Source: a candidate division WWE3 bacterium RIFCSPHIGHO2_02_FULL_38_14 | Lineage (GTDB): Bacteria > Patescibacteriota > WWE3 > UBA101185 > UBA10185 | Assembly (NCBI GenBank): GCA_001772865.1 | Contig: MEVD01000014.1 | Coordinates: 2,214-66,213, forward strand | Direction of reading: 5' to 3' | Length of the DNA stretch: 64,000 nt | Part shown: positions 27,690 to 37,534 of the stretch, piece by piece | Layout: every line of letters starts with the position of its first letter | Numbering within the stretch: position 1 is the stretch's first letter | The notes under the pieces: generated by a model | The model's database searches: none | Seen by the model: only the letters and a program-made list of their open reading frames with translations | Told to the model about the DNA's origin: nothing | Position numbers and translations under genes: made by a program

Positions 27690-29924
27690 ATGCTGCCCGT
27701 TCATAGCATTAGAACCAAACTAATTCTGGCGTTCGTAATAATGTATTCAATTCCTATTGCTATTTTATCTTTTTCCTTCTACAAAGATTCATTTGATCTC
27801 AGCAAAGAGCAAAATTTAAACACTATAAGTAAAAATCTGAACACGGCGGAAAGCTCCTTGCAAAGCATCTTAAACAAAGCAAAAGAAGATTTAGTATCTT
27901 TAAGTTCTTTATCATCATTTAAAGAATATGCTCTGAACAATAATTCTCAGGAAAATGTGTATTCCGACGATTTGGCAAACGATTTATATTCATTTTTAAC
28001 CAATAAGAAAGCTTATAACAATTTTACTTTTATTGATTCTGCTGGTTTCGAAAAAATCAAAACTATTTACGAAGGAAACAAAACATATCTCATTCAAGAT
28101 TCGGATCTAATAAATGTTTACGATTCTAAATATTTTACCCGTTTAAAAGAAATCGCCAGCGATAAAGCCTACCTTTCAATTTCAGAAACCGGAGACTCAA
28201 TTTCAGTTTCAAAACTTATTAAAACGGCAGAAGGAAACTTTAAAGGAGTGATTTCATTAAGCTTAAAGTCCGCAGGTATTTTAGAGCTGCTTCAAATGAG
28301 CCAGCAATCAGGCGAACTTCTTATATTAATCAATGAAAAAGGCAGCTACATTTCACAAAATAAAAGCGGAGTTTCATCTGTTGCTAAGGATTTTCCGGAA
28401 TTTGTACAGTTGGTAAAAACAGGAACAAAAGGACAATTTTACAGTGATCAATTAAACAATTATATCACTTTTACTCATGCTAATCTTACTCAATTCACTA
28501 CTACTTCAGAAGAATCCTGGGTTCTGACAAGTGTAGTGGAAAAAGATAAAATCGAAAAAGATATCCGGGACTCATTAAATAAATCGTTTTTTTACATCGC
28601 TCCTTTACTATTAGTGGTTACTCTTTTTGCATTTTTATTAAGCGGTATTATTGCACATCCAATAAACCATTTTAAATCCACTGTTGAAGAAATTCTTCTT
28701 AAAGGAAATCTGGATAAAAAAGTAGACATTAATTCAAAAGATGAAATCGGATATTTAGCAGGAAAATTTAATGAGTTGTTAAGCAGACTTAAAGATTATT
28801 ACGATAATTTAGAGAAAAAGGTAAAAGAGAATACATTCGAAATTAAAAAATTTCAGCAGGCAGTAGAAGCATCTTCTGACGGCATTATTATCACGGATAC
28901 GGATGCAAAAATAATATATGTCAACCCTAAGTGGGAATCAATCACGGGATATAAATTAAGTGAAGTACATGGCAAAAATCCCAACATTTTCAAAAGTGAA
29001 AAAACCCATAGTCATGTATTTGAAGAAATGTGGAAAGCTTTGAAAAACAATAAAGATTTTTATACTGATGAATTAGTAAATAAAAGAAAAGACGGATCGG
29101 AATACAGTACTGAGCTTGCTGTTGCCCCAATAACAGAAAGCGGCAAAACATTATATTACGTTGGAATTACAACGGATATTACAAAAAGAAAAGAAGTAGA
29201 CCGCATGAAATCGGAATTCATTTCTCTGGCCTCGCACCAGCTTAGAACTCCATTGTCAGCAATGAGATGGTTTTTGGAAATGCTGTTGGACGGTGACGCG
29301 GGTGAACTTTCATCTGAACAAAGGGACTACGTTTCAAATGTTTATCAGGCAAACAGCAATATGATAGAACTTGTTAATGCTTTATTAAATGTTTCAAGAA
29401 TAGAATCCGGCAGAATTATAATTGATCCTATACCAACTGATTTATCGGAATTAATAAAATCCGTAGTTAATGAAACCAAAGTAAAATATACCGAGAAAAA
29501 ACAGAATATAATTATTAGCATTCACCACGATCTTCCGAAAATAAATCTGGATCCAAAGCTTATAAGACATGTATTCCTGAACTTAATAACTAACGCTATT
29601 AAATATTCACCCGAACGAGGTGAAATTCACATATTTGTATCTAAAAATGACAAAGAAGTACTGGTTCAAGTGAGCGACACAGGCTTCGGCATTCCTGAGA
29701 CCGAAAAGTCAAAAGTATTTCAAAAATTTTACAGAGGTTCAAATATTGTTAAATATGAAATCGAGGGAACCGGATTAGGATTATATTTGGCAAAAGCCAT
29801 TGTTGAGTCTTCAAAAGGAAAAATATGGTTTAAAAGCGAGGAAGGAAAGGGCACATCGTTCTGGGTTTCACTGCCACTGGTAGGAATGGAGCCGAAACAA
29901 GGTGAAGTTACCATCAGCTCATAA
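27690..29924 (+). CDS. Membrane sensor histidine kinase (Cache-like, HAMP, PAS, HisKA, HATPase)
   Basis: Two TM segments; DEIG.LA.KFN (HAMP); I.YVN..WE.ITGY (PAS); SHQLRTPL; NLITNAIKY, DTGFGI, GTGLGL. Start at 27690 follows TATACT by 6 nt. Confidence 0.92.
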   Translation: MLPVHSIRTKLILAFVIMYSIPIAILSFSFYKDSFDLSKEQNLNTISKNLNTAESSLQSILNKAKEDLVSLSSLSSFKEYALNNNSQENVYSDDLANDLYSFLTNKKAYNNFTFIDSAGFEKIKTIYEGNKTYLIQDSDLINVYDSKYFTRLKEIASDKAYLSISETGDSISVSKLIKTAEGNFKGVISLSLKSAGILELLQMSQQSGELLILINEKGSYISQNKSGVSSVAKDFPEFVQLVKTGTKGQFYSDQLNNYITFTHANLTQFTTTSEESWVLTSVVEKDKIEKDIRDSLNKSFFYIAPLLLVVTLFAFLLSGIIAHPINHFKSTVEEILLKGNLDKKVDINSKDEIGYLAGKFNELLSRLKDYYDNLEKKVKENTFEIKKFQQAVEASSDGIIITDTDAKIIYVNPKWESITGYKLSEVHGKNPNIFKSEKTHSHVFEEMWKALKNNKDFYTDELVNKRKDGSEYSTELAVAPITESGKTLYYVGITTDITKRKEVDRMKSEFISLASHQLRTPLSAMRWFLEMLLDGDAGELSSEQRDYVSNVYQANSNMIELVNALLNVSRIESGRIIIDPIPTDLSELIKSVVNETKVKYTEKKQNIIISIHHDLPKINLDPKLIRHVFLNLITNAIKYSPERGEIHIFVSKNDKEVLVQVSDTGFGIPETEKSKVFQKFYRGSNIVKYEIEGTGLGLYLAKAIVESSKGKIWFKSEEGKGTSFWVSLPLVGMEPKQGEVTISS

Positions 29925-29969
29925 ATTCATTCCCTTGAACTTATTTGGTTTATTAAATATCATTAAAAC

Positions 29970-30356
29970 ATGCAAAAAGATAGTCCTACTATTATGGTAG
30001 TAGAAGACGAAAGCCTTTTGTTACAGGCAATCACAAAAAAACTCGATTTACATAAAATCAAGACTGTTTCATGTACAAGCGGTAACCAGGCATTGGACTA
30101 CTTGGAAAATTTCAAACAAATGCCGGATATAATCTGGCTCGATTATCACTTAAAAGACATGGACGGCCTGGAATTTATGAATAAATTGAAAATGAGAGAA
30201 AAGTGGAAAGATATACCTATAGTAGTGGTCAGCAATTCAGCTACCGACGAAAAAGTCCATAATATATTAGGGCTCGGTGCAAAAAAATATATCATTAAAG
30301 CAGAACACCGGCTTGATGATATAATAAAAATCGTACTCGAACTAATCTCGGACTAA
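29970..30356 (+). CDS. Single-domain response regulator (REC)
   Basis: IMVVEDE, PDIIWLDYHL..MDG, VVSNS, YIIK. Confidence 0.9.
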   Translation: MQKDSPTIMVVEDESLLLQAITKKLDLHKIKTVSCTSGNQALDYLENFKQMPDIIWLDYHLKDMDGLEFMNKLKMREKWKDIPIVVVSNSATDEKVHNILGLGAKKYIIKAEHRLDDIIKIVLELISD

Positions 30357-30372
30357 TATAGTAAAATACCTT

Positions 30373-30750
30373 ATGCCTTTTAAAATTTTAGTAGCAGAAG
30401 ATGACAAATTCCTAGGCAAAGTATATAAAGCTAAATTTGTAAAAGAAGGATATGAAGTACAGTCGGCATCCGACGGAAATGAAGTATTTAATATTCTCCA
30501 AAACTTTATGCCGGACGTTATTCTTTTAGATTTAATAATGCCCATAAAAGACGGATTTATAACATTAAAAGAACTGAAATTAAATGACAAGTTTAAAAAC
30601 ATACCTGTTATAATAGCTTCAAACTTAGGACAAAAAGACGAAATAGAAAAAGGGTTGAATTTGGGGGCGGCTGACTACTTAGTAAAAAGCGATACAACAA
30701 TTGAAAAAGTGATCGAAAAAGTTAGAATGCATATAATAAATCGGGAGTAA
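30373..30750 (+). CDS. Single-domain response regulator (REC)
   Basis: KILVAEDD, PDVILLDLIMP..DG, SNLGQ, YLVK. Confidence 0.92.
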   Translation: MPFKILVAEDDKFLGKVYKAKFVKEGYEVQSASDGNEVFNILQNFMPDVILLDLIMPIKDGFITLKELKLNDKFKNIPVIIASNLGQKDEIEKGLNLGAADYLVKSDTTIEKVIEKVRMHIINRE

Positions 30751-30751
30751 T

Positions 30752-31135
30752 ATGGTAAAAAACAATGACATTTTAATAGTAGAGGATGATATCGCGCTTA
30801 TCACAGCATTGAACAATAAATTCTCCGAAAGCGGATTTACTGTATATAAGGCTTATGACGGTGAAGAAGGATTAAATATTGCATACGAAAAACATCCCGA
30901 CATACTACTGTTAGACATATTAATACCAAAATTAGACGGAATCACCCTCCTCTCAAAATTAAGAGAAGATGAATGGGGGAGTAAGGTACCGGTAGTAATT
31001 ATGTCAAATCTAAGTTTTTCAGAATATGAAATAAATGCTTGCAATAAATATAAAGTAAAAAAATACTTGACCAAAGCCGACTGGGACATTAACAAAATAG
31101 AAGAAGAAGTGGAAAAATATATTTTAAAAGCTTAG
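30752..31135 (+). CDS. Single-domain response regulator (REC)
   Basis: ILIVEDD, PDILLLDILIP..DG, SNL, YLTK. Confidence 0.92.
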   Translation: MVKNNDILIVEDDIALITALNNKFSESGFTVYKAYDGEEGLNIAYEKHPDILLLDILIPKLDGITLLSKLREDEWGSKVPVVIMSNLSFSEYEINACNKYKVKKYLTKADWDINKIEEEVEKYILKA

Positions 31136-31537
31136 TTACTGCTTATTTAATAGCCATTTGATTTTTTCATTAAGGTATTCCATATTCAAATCGTGTTTAT
31201 AAATATAGTCTTTAACACCCATCTTTACGGCCATATCAATTTTATCCTGATCTCCTAAGTTTGAAACCACAAGAATAGGTATTTTTTTTGTAGATTCCTG
31301 ATTATGCAGAATTTCCATTATGGAAAACCCGTCTAGTCCGGGAAGAATAATATCTAAAATAATTAATTCTGGATTGAAATCACTTATTGCCGACAACACA
31401 TTATCTCCGCGAGATTCAATCCGGATATTATACCCACAGCCACGCAGAAATTTTTCGTATGTTGAAGCCAATTCTATATCGTCTTCAACAATAAGTATTT
31501 TATTCATTTTCAGCGCCTGTATATTTTGTTCTGTCAT
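31136..31537 (-). CDS. Single-domain response regulator (REC)
   Basis: KILIVEDD, PELIILDIILP..DG, SNLG, YIYK. Confidence 0.92.
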   Translation of the reverse strand: MTEQNIQALKMNKILIVEDDIELASTYEKFLRGCGYNIRIESRGDNVLSAISDFNPELIILDIILPGLDGFSIMEILHNQESTKKIPILVVSNLGDQDKIDMAVKMGVKDYIYKHDLNMEYLNEKIKWLLNKQ

Positions 31538-32505
31538 CTTTTAGAAACTGTCCTAATAACGTAGGTTTTTCTGTTTGAAGATTCAAAATAGACTCTAAGC
31601 ATAAGTTCTCCAAGCATGCCCATCATCATGGACTGGATTCCTACTATTATCATTAATACTGAAACTATTAACAAGGGCCTGTTTCCAATACTATATCCGA
31701 GCAGTTTTAAAATTGCCAGATAAATGCCTATTAAACCTCCTAAGCCTGTTATTACCGCTCCAGTAAAAGAAAATAATCTTCCGGGCATGGATCTGAACGG
31801 CTTCTTAGCAAAATACAGCAAAAACGCCAAGGTCAGAAGATCCAACACCACTTTAATCGTTCTTTTGTGTCCTTTATAAGCCGACACTCCAAAATCCCTG
31901 TCTTTAAATTCCACGTCGAATTCAGTCATTTTAGCCCCGTATACTGTTAAGTAATCGGGAATAAACCTGTGCATCTCTCCATAAAGCTTTAAATTATCCA
32001 CCAATACCTTTGTAAAACCTTTCATTCCCGAGCCTCTGTCCTGCATAGAAACTCCCGAAATTCTACTTATTAACTCATTCGCTTTTTGGCTTTTTTGAGC
32101 TCTTTCCGCTTCTTCCGAACCCCAGCGTCCCACTCTGTTTGTATTCACAAAATCGTATCCTTCCTCCAGATACTCTAAAACCCTGTTTACATTTTCGATA
32201 GGGATTTCTAAATCAGCAGACACCGTTACAATGTAATCTCCTTTTGAGGAGTCGAATCCCGCCTGGTAAGCGGCGCTCTGGCCGAAATTTGTCATTAAGT
32301 TTATACCGGTTATATTTGGATATTTTTCCGAGTATTCCCCGATAACTTTCCAAGTATTGTCTTTACTTCCGTCATTTACTGCTATGAACTCAAAATCGAA
32401 TTTATGGTTTTTTGAGAGCTCCAAAACGGCTTCTAGAGTTCTGTCTATATTTTTTTCTTCGTTAAAGCAGGGAATGACAACTGATACAAGTTTTTTTTGA
32501 AACAT
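31534..32505 (-). CDS. GT2 polyprenyl-phosphate glycosyltransferase (ArnC/GtrB-like)
   Basis: SVVIPCFNEE, NDGSKD.T, NFGQSAA, GEMHRFIP, two C-terminal TM segments. Confidence 0.9.
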   Translation of the reverse strand: MFQKKLVSVVIPCFNEEKNIDRTLEAVLELSKNHKFDFEFIAVNDGSKDNTWKVIGEYSEKYPNITGINLMTNFGQSAAYQAGFDSSKGDYIVTVSADLEIPIENVNRVLEYLEEGYDFVNTNRVGRWGSEEAERAQKSQKANELISRISGVSMQDRGSGMKGFTKVLVDNLKLYGEMHRFIPDYLTVYGAKMTEFDVEFKDRDFGVSAYKGHKRTIKVVLDLLTLAFLLYFAKKPFRSMPGRLFSFTGAVITGLGGLIGIYLAILKLLGYSIGNRPLLIVSVLMIIVGIQSMMMGMLGELMLRVYFESSNRKTYVIRTVSKR

Positions 32506-32525
32506 AATTTAAACCTTTCAGGCAG

Positions 32526-33605
32526 TTAAACCTTCTCCATAGTTTTATACCATTCAGGCATAAGTTTGAAAACATCTACTTGCCTTTTTACACCTTCGTA
32601 CATATTCATTTTAGGACTATAATTTAACATTTTTTGCGCTTTGGAAATATCGGCGCTCGATACAACATCTGAAGTATCAACTTCTACAACTTCCGCCTCG
32701 AGCTTCTTGCCGAAGGCGGTTTCTACAGATTCTATCCAAGTCTGGATTTGAAGCGGCTCGGAAGTACCTGTATTAAATACATCAAATAAAAAATTGCTGT
32801 CAAGACATTCCAATATTCCCTCAACCTGATCATCTATATATGTACTGTCTTTAGCTGTCTTCAGCCCGTATTTTCCGTAAACTTTTATTTTCTTCCCATT
32901 GTATGTGTAATTAACCGCCCGCTGGTGAAACATTCCATAGGGTCTTTGCAACGGTCCATAAATAGGACCGAATATCCTGTCAATTACCACCGGAAGACCG
33001 AATATTACATTAAATGCGTGGCATATAACTTCTCCAGCAACTTTGCTAGCGCCATAAACAGACACAGCCTTGGAAACGTCATCCTGCTCGGTCACTTTTT
33101 TATCTTCTCTATTTCCGTAAACTGAAGACGAAGAACCGAAAACAAATTTTCTAATGTTGTAATCTTTTGAGAGGGTTAAAAGATTTGTAGTACCATCAAC
33201 ATTTACATAAGTATATATTCTCGGGTTTTTAGTAGAATAGGGAACTCCTGCCATAGCAGCCAAATGAATTACCGCTTCCGGTTTTTCCTTTTCAAACAAC
33301 CCGTTTAAGAAATCATAATCCGTAATATCACCTTCATAAAATGTAAATGTCCCGGGCTTATCTTCTTTTTTTCCGCCGTAGTAATCTTCCAGTTTATCAA
33401 AAACCGGACGGATCTCGGATTCTTCAAATATTTGAGGAGCCTGCAGGTCGGAAAGCCGAGTTAAATCCACATTAAATTCTTTGCAATTTCTCGGGTAATA
33501 GTCATTAAAATTATCCAGACCGACCACATTATCCCCGCGCCAAACTAAAGCTCTGGAAATATAACTACCTATAAAACCTGCCGCACCCGTAACTAAAACT
33601 TTCAT
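32526..33605 (-). CDS. NAD-dependent nucleotide-sugar epimerase (UDP-glucuronate 4-epimerase-like)
   Basis: VTGAAGFIG, HLAAMAGVPYS, SSSSVYG, YGASK. Confidence 0.88.
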   Translation of the reverse strand: MKVLVTGAAGFIGSYISRALVWRGDNVVGLDNFNDYYPRNCKEFNVDLTRLSDLQAPQIFEESEIRPVFDKLEDYYGGKKEDKPGTFTFYEGDITDYDFLNGLFEKEKPEAVIHLAAMAGVPYSTKNPRIYTYVNVDGTTNLLTLSKDYNIRKFVFGSSSSVYGNREDKKVTEQDDVSKAVSVYGASKVAGEVICHAFNVIFGLPVVIDRIFGPIYGPLQRPYGMFHQRAVNYTYNGKKIKVYGKYGLKTAKDSTYIDDQVEGILECLDSNFLFDVFNTGTSEPLQIQTWIESVETAFGKKLEAEVVEVDTSDVVSSADISKAQKMLNYSPKMNMYEGVKRQVDVFKLMPEWYKTMEKV

Positions 33606-33636
33606 AATATTTAAAGGAATTATACAATTTTAAGCT

Positions 33637-33966
33637 TCATAAGTCTTTTTTTAGTGTAAAATTAGGCTCTTGGCCGTAGTCCGGATAATCAAGTTCATTA
33701 ATATTTTTTATATTCAGCGCCCAATTAAAAATATTTGTAATAGCCGCGCCTATTTTTAATCCTGTAAACGATGGTCCGGGTCCTAAGTTGCAGCTAAATT
33801 CTGTAATATCTTCCGGTTTTAAGTGGTTTTTTATCAAAATTCTTTTCACCGCGTCAACTACATCAAAATCACCATAAACAGAATCTACTACAATAGCCGA
33901 TTCCGACTTTAATAATTTAATAGTTTTTGTATATCTGTCCGATGTATCAAGGTAGATTCTGTACAT
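33637..33966 (-). CDS. tsaB: Minimal TsaB/YeaZ-like protein (t6A biosynthesis)
   Basis: IYLDTS...GPGPSFTGLKIG; about 109 aa; directly downstream of tsaE. Confidence 0.75.
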   Translation of the reverse strand: MYRIYLDTSDRYTKTIKLLKSESAIVVDSVYGDFDVVDAVKRILIKNHLKPEDITEFSCNLGPGPSFTGLKIGAAITNIFNWALNIKNINELDYPDYGQEPNFTLKKDL

Positions 33967-34378
33967 TAATTTTCCTTTCATTTTCATCAATTATTTCAAA
34001 AATTATTTTTAAGGTATTTTCAGGTAAATAGCCTTCTGCCAGCTCAGGCCATTCAATTATATTCAGAGTGTTTTTTTCATTTAATATTTCCTCAATTCCT
34101 AAATCCGCTATTTCATCAGCATCCGACAATCTGTAAAGGTCTATATGATTTATATTCTCTATGCCGTTCATATTACATTTGTATCTTCTGATTAACACAA
34201 AAGTTGGGCTTTGAATTCGGGAAGTAGAGTTTAATGCTCTCGTTAAATATTGCGTAAAAGTAGTTTTTCCTGATCCCAGGCCGCCGTAAAGAGCTAGAAC
34301 ATTACCCGGCCGCATTTTTTCGGCTACACTGAAAGCCAGTTTTTTAGTATCTTCGGTAGTTTTGGATAAGATTTCCAT
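33947..34378 (-). CDS. tsaE: tRNA t6A biosynthesis ATPase TsaE
   Basis: L.G.LGSGKTTF, SPTFVL, HIDLYRL, IIEWPE. Confidence 0.95.
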   Translation of the reverse strand: MEILSKTTEDTKKLAFSVAEKMRPGNVLALYGGLGSGKTTFTQYLTRALNSTSRIQSPTFVLIRRYKCNMNGIENINHIDLYRLSDADEIADLGIEEILNEKNTLNIIEWPELAEGYLPENTLKIIFEIIDENERKINVQNLP

Positions 34379-34695
34379 ATTAATAGAGCAGCGGCAGATG
34401 CCGACAAAGTATCATTTAATAAATCTTTCAAGCTTGCTGACCTTCCAAAGACAAAAGTCTGATGATACTCATCAGTAACAGCATATATAAAAGATATTAA
34501 AACCGCAATAAAAGGATTCTTTATGGCTCTGTATAAACAGACTGACAATACAAAAAACATCCAAAAATGACCGACTATATGAATTTCATCTTTGTCTAGC
34601 CCAACTTGTTTTAATTGAGGCCCAGTCTGTGATGACAACCAGAATATAAACAATCCGGTTAATAAAGCCGGCAACCATCTTAAAACAACACGCAT
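34324..34695 (-). CDS. VanZ-family membrane protein
   Basis: IF.LSS, H...F..L, YAVTDEYHQ.FV.GRSAS..D...D. Confidence 0.88.
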   Translation of the reverse strand: MRVVLRWLPALLTGLFIFWLSSQTGPQLKQVGLDKDEIHIVGHFWMFFVLSVCLYRAIKNPFIAVLISFIYAVTDEYHQTFVFGRSASLKDLLNDTLSASAAALLIWKSYPKLPKILKNWLSV

Positions 34696-34728
34696 TTGCT
34701 AATTTTAACATAGCAGGTTTAAATACTA

Positions 34729-35247
34729 TTATTCGGAAATCCGGCTCAAGATATTTACGTTAACTTTTTTAATATACTCCTTATATTCATAGGCAGACCA
34801 AAAATATAACTTATTAGTTATGTATTTATTTCCGTTATTTATATTTAAAAGCTCAAAGCTTAAAATTATTTTCTTAAATTCCAGATCATGAACTCTTAAC
34901 AAAACAAACGGAATGTTTTTAATATTTAAATTCCAATTATTCGAAAATTTATCCCATCGCTGCTCTTTAAAATCATAAAATTCCACCAATCCTCCAGTTA
35001 CTTTAGGCCGGATTAATAACTGCGACATGGGTTTTTCAGCAAATTCCACTTTTGAAGAGATATTTTTGTAGAGTAGGGGAGTAGTTTGTTTTATTTTATA
35101 CTGGTAAAAATATTCGTCTGAATAGACATTATTAACCAAATTAAATTTAATATTTAAAAAACAAAAATTAACCGATAAATACAGAAGTGGAATCAATAGG
35201 AATAAATTCCGTAATGCGGTTTTATATAGTCTATATGGATTTCTCAC
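34729..35247 (-). CDS. Hypothetical protein
   Basis: 172-aa AT-rich ORF with an N-terminal hydrophobic segment. Confidence 0.5.
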   Translation of the reverse strand: MRNPYRLYKTALRNLFLLIPLLYLSVNFCFLNIKFNLVNNVYSDEYFYQYKIKQTTPLLYKNISSKVEFAEKPMSQLLIRPKVTGGLVEFYDFKEQRWDKFSNNWNLNIKNIPFVLLRVHDLEFKKIILSFELLNINNGNKYITNKLYFWSAYEYKEYIKKVNVNILSRISE

Positions 35248-35327
35248 ATAAAAAATTTATCAGGCAATCACTTGCCGGTATATTAGAAATATTCTATTTT
35301 AAACGGAATATTTTAAAAGTAATGGGT

Positions 35328-36593
35328 TTACCTCAAATGCCAATAAAGAGTCATATAGTCGTCATCGTGAAATATGAAAACGCCGTTACCTCCATCGCCC
35401 AAACAGTTTCGGCAAAAATAAGCATCTCCGTTGTCTGCCGCATATACCGGAGAACCATAAGAGCCGTACATATCATATGCGGGGTGGGGCTTTCCTCCAT
35501 AGTATAGGTTGGAATAACAGGTTTTGCCAAAACCCTGGGAAATTGTTGGATTAGACATGGGCCAATTCCAATCACCCTTTCCTATATCTTTGTATCCTTC
35601 TGATGAACATCCGTCATCCCAATAAACAGATTTATCCTTTAGTTTTTTAGCCGGATCCACATAATTAGAGTAATACCAGTTCCACCCGTCTATTTCTTCA
35701 AATGAGGAATATTTATAAACCCCAAAATGCAGATGGTCACCGGTAGAAAATCCTGTATTACCCTGAATCCCGATTATCTCGCCTTTCTTAACTTTTTTAG
35801 ATTCCTGATTTTTAAGAACACTGACGGCGTTCAATATTTGGTTTAATTCTTTTTTGGCCTCATCGAGAATCTGTTGATACTTTGCTTCATCATTTTGTGT
35901 ATCTTCCAGCAGTTTCTTCTTTTCATTTTTCTGGCCTGCAAGTCTGTTGTTGTACACTTCTAAATTTACCTTTTCCGCTATTAATTGCTGCCTTAAAGTT
36001 TCTTCTTTCTTTTTCGACTCTTCATATAATGTCTTCTGTTTATCGAAATTGTCTTTGGTCTGGTTCATCTGGTCAATCAGCTTTCTATCCTGACCCTCCA
36101 TAACACTCAAATATTCCGCTTTTTGAACAGCAGTATTAAAGCTTTCTGATCCGAAAATAATTATAAAAGGGGAAGTCTCAACTGTTTTATATCTCTCCCG
36201 GATCCTCTGGTCCAATACTTTTTGCTGATAATCAATGGATATTTTTAGCTTATCTATTCTAATTCCTAAATCTTCAATATTTCCGGCTAGTTCATTTATT
36301 TGATCTTCTTTTTCACTTATTTTTTGAACTGAATTTTGAATCCGCAGTAATGTTAAATTTATCTGATTGTCGAAATACGCAATTTCTCCTGATAGAGTCT
36401 TCTCCTGCTCCTGCAAGTTATCAAGTTCATCTTCACACTTATTTATAATCTCTTGTAGTTCCTCGCCTGTATATTCTTTATCATCTACAGACCGGCATTT
36501 TACACTGGCAAATACGTCAACTATGAAAATATCTGTATTCAGCAAAACACTAAACGCTATTAAAAGTAAAAACAAGCGTATTATATTTTTCAT
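35328..36593 (-). CDS. Secreted coiled-coil peptidoglycan hydrolase with circularly permuted M23 domain (FtsEX-associated)
   Basis: Signal peptide, long PcsB/EnvC-like coiled coil, then GNTGFSTGDHLHF placed before WP..ISQGFG..HPAYD..G.PVYAA..G..YWHL. Confidence 0.88.
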   Translation of the reverse strand: MKNIIRLFLLLIAFSVLLNTDIFIVDVFASVKCRSVDDKEYTGEELQEIINKCEDELDNLQEQEKTLSGEIAYFDNQINLTLLRIQNSVQKISEKEDQINELAGNIEDLGIRIDKLKISIDYQQKVLDQRIRERYKTVETSPFIIIFGSESFNTAVQKAEYLSVMEGQDRKLIDQMNQTKDNFDKQKTLYEESKKKEETLRQQLIAEKVNLEVYNNRLAGQKNEKKKLLEDTQNDEAKYQQILDEAKKELNQILNAVSVLKNQESKKVKKGEIIGIQGNTGFSTGDHLHFGVYKYSSFEEIDGWNWYYSNYVDPAKKLKDKSVYWDDGCSSEGYKDIGKGDWNWPMSNPTISQGFGKTCYSNLYYGGKPHPAYDMYGSYGSPVYAADNGDAYFCRNCLGDGGNGVFIFHDDDYMTLYWHLR

Positions 36594-36646
36594 AATTTTG
36601 TTAAAAATTACTTTATACCAATAAAATCATTTAGTAGTTTGAATCT

Positions 36647-37534
36647 TTAATATTTCAAATATTTCTTTACAGCTACAGAACTGCCTACAAATCCAAGCAG
36701 GATACCGGAAAGTAATAAAACGAGAACTAAGACTATTATATAAACCACTGTTTCCAGTTTGGCTCCGGATATAAAAAAGAAAGCTACCTTTGAAGGCAAA
36801 ATACCGGAGGAAACACCGCCCCATGAAAGCAAAGAAAGCAGTACCGAGGACACAAATGCTGAAATAAATCCGAATAAAGTTCCCTGAAACACCAAAGGTG
36901 CTTTAACATATTTATCGGATGCTCCTACAAGTTTTAACACTTCCAGTTCCGACCCTTTGGAACTAATTGTAAGTCTTATTGTGACCACGACAACAGAATA
37001 TGAAACTACTACAAAAAGAATCGCGAGCACCAATCCAATCACATAAACGGCGCTGCTCCAAGATATAAACCTATCAATTACATCTTTATAAAATTTAACT
37101 TCCTCAACTCCCTCCCCACCTTCCAATTCAGAAACCAAACCCGATAAATCAGACAATTCTTTAGTTTTTATTTCCAGGCTTGCAGGCAGAATATTTTTTG
37201 ATATGGATTCTAAAAGCACCGGCTGATCTTTATTGATTTCCGTGAAAATTCTGTAAGCATCTTCTTTGGATACATACTTAATTTCCATAATTCTTTCATC
37301 TTTTTCTAATTCCAATTTCATGTTCAAAATCTGATCCTCTAGAAATTCGTCTTTAAAAAACACAGTAAGCTGCGCCTGCTCTTCCAGTGACCTTAATGCC
37401 GTCTGGGAAAGGGTAACTATATTTAAAAACATCCCCAAAACCAAAAACGTCACGGTCATAATTACCAGATTAGAAACTGCCAGCAATTTTTCCCTTTTAA
37501 TATTAACCAAGAAGTTTTGCCATAATTTGCCCAT
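36647..37534 (-). CDS. ftsX: Cell division permease FtsX
   Basis: YVSKEDA, NILPASLEI, EL.VLKLVGAS..YV..P...QG; follows ftsE. Confidence 0.92.
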   Translation of the reverse strand: MGKLWQNFLVNIKREKLLAVSNLVIMTVTFLVLGMFLNIVTLSQTALRSLEEQAQLTVFFKDEFLEDQILNMKLELEKDERIMEIKYVSKEDAYRIFTEINKDQPVLLESISKNILPASLEIKTKELSDLSGLVSELEGGEGVEEVKFYKDVIDRFISWSSAVYVIGLVLAILFVVVSYSVVVVTIRLTISSKGSELEVLKLVGASDKYVKAPLVFQGTLFGFISAFVSSVLLSLLSWGGVSSGILPSKVAFFFISGAKLETVVYIIVLVLVLLLSGILLGFVGSSVAVKKYLKY

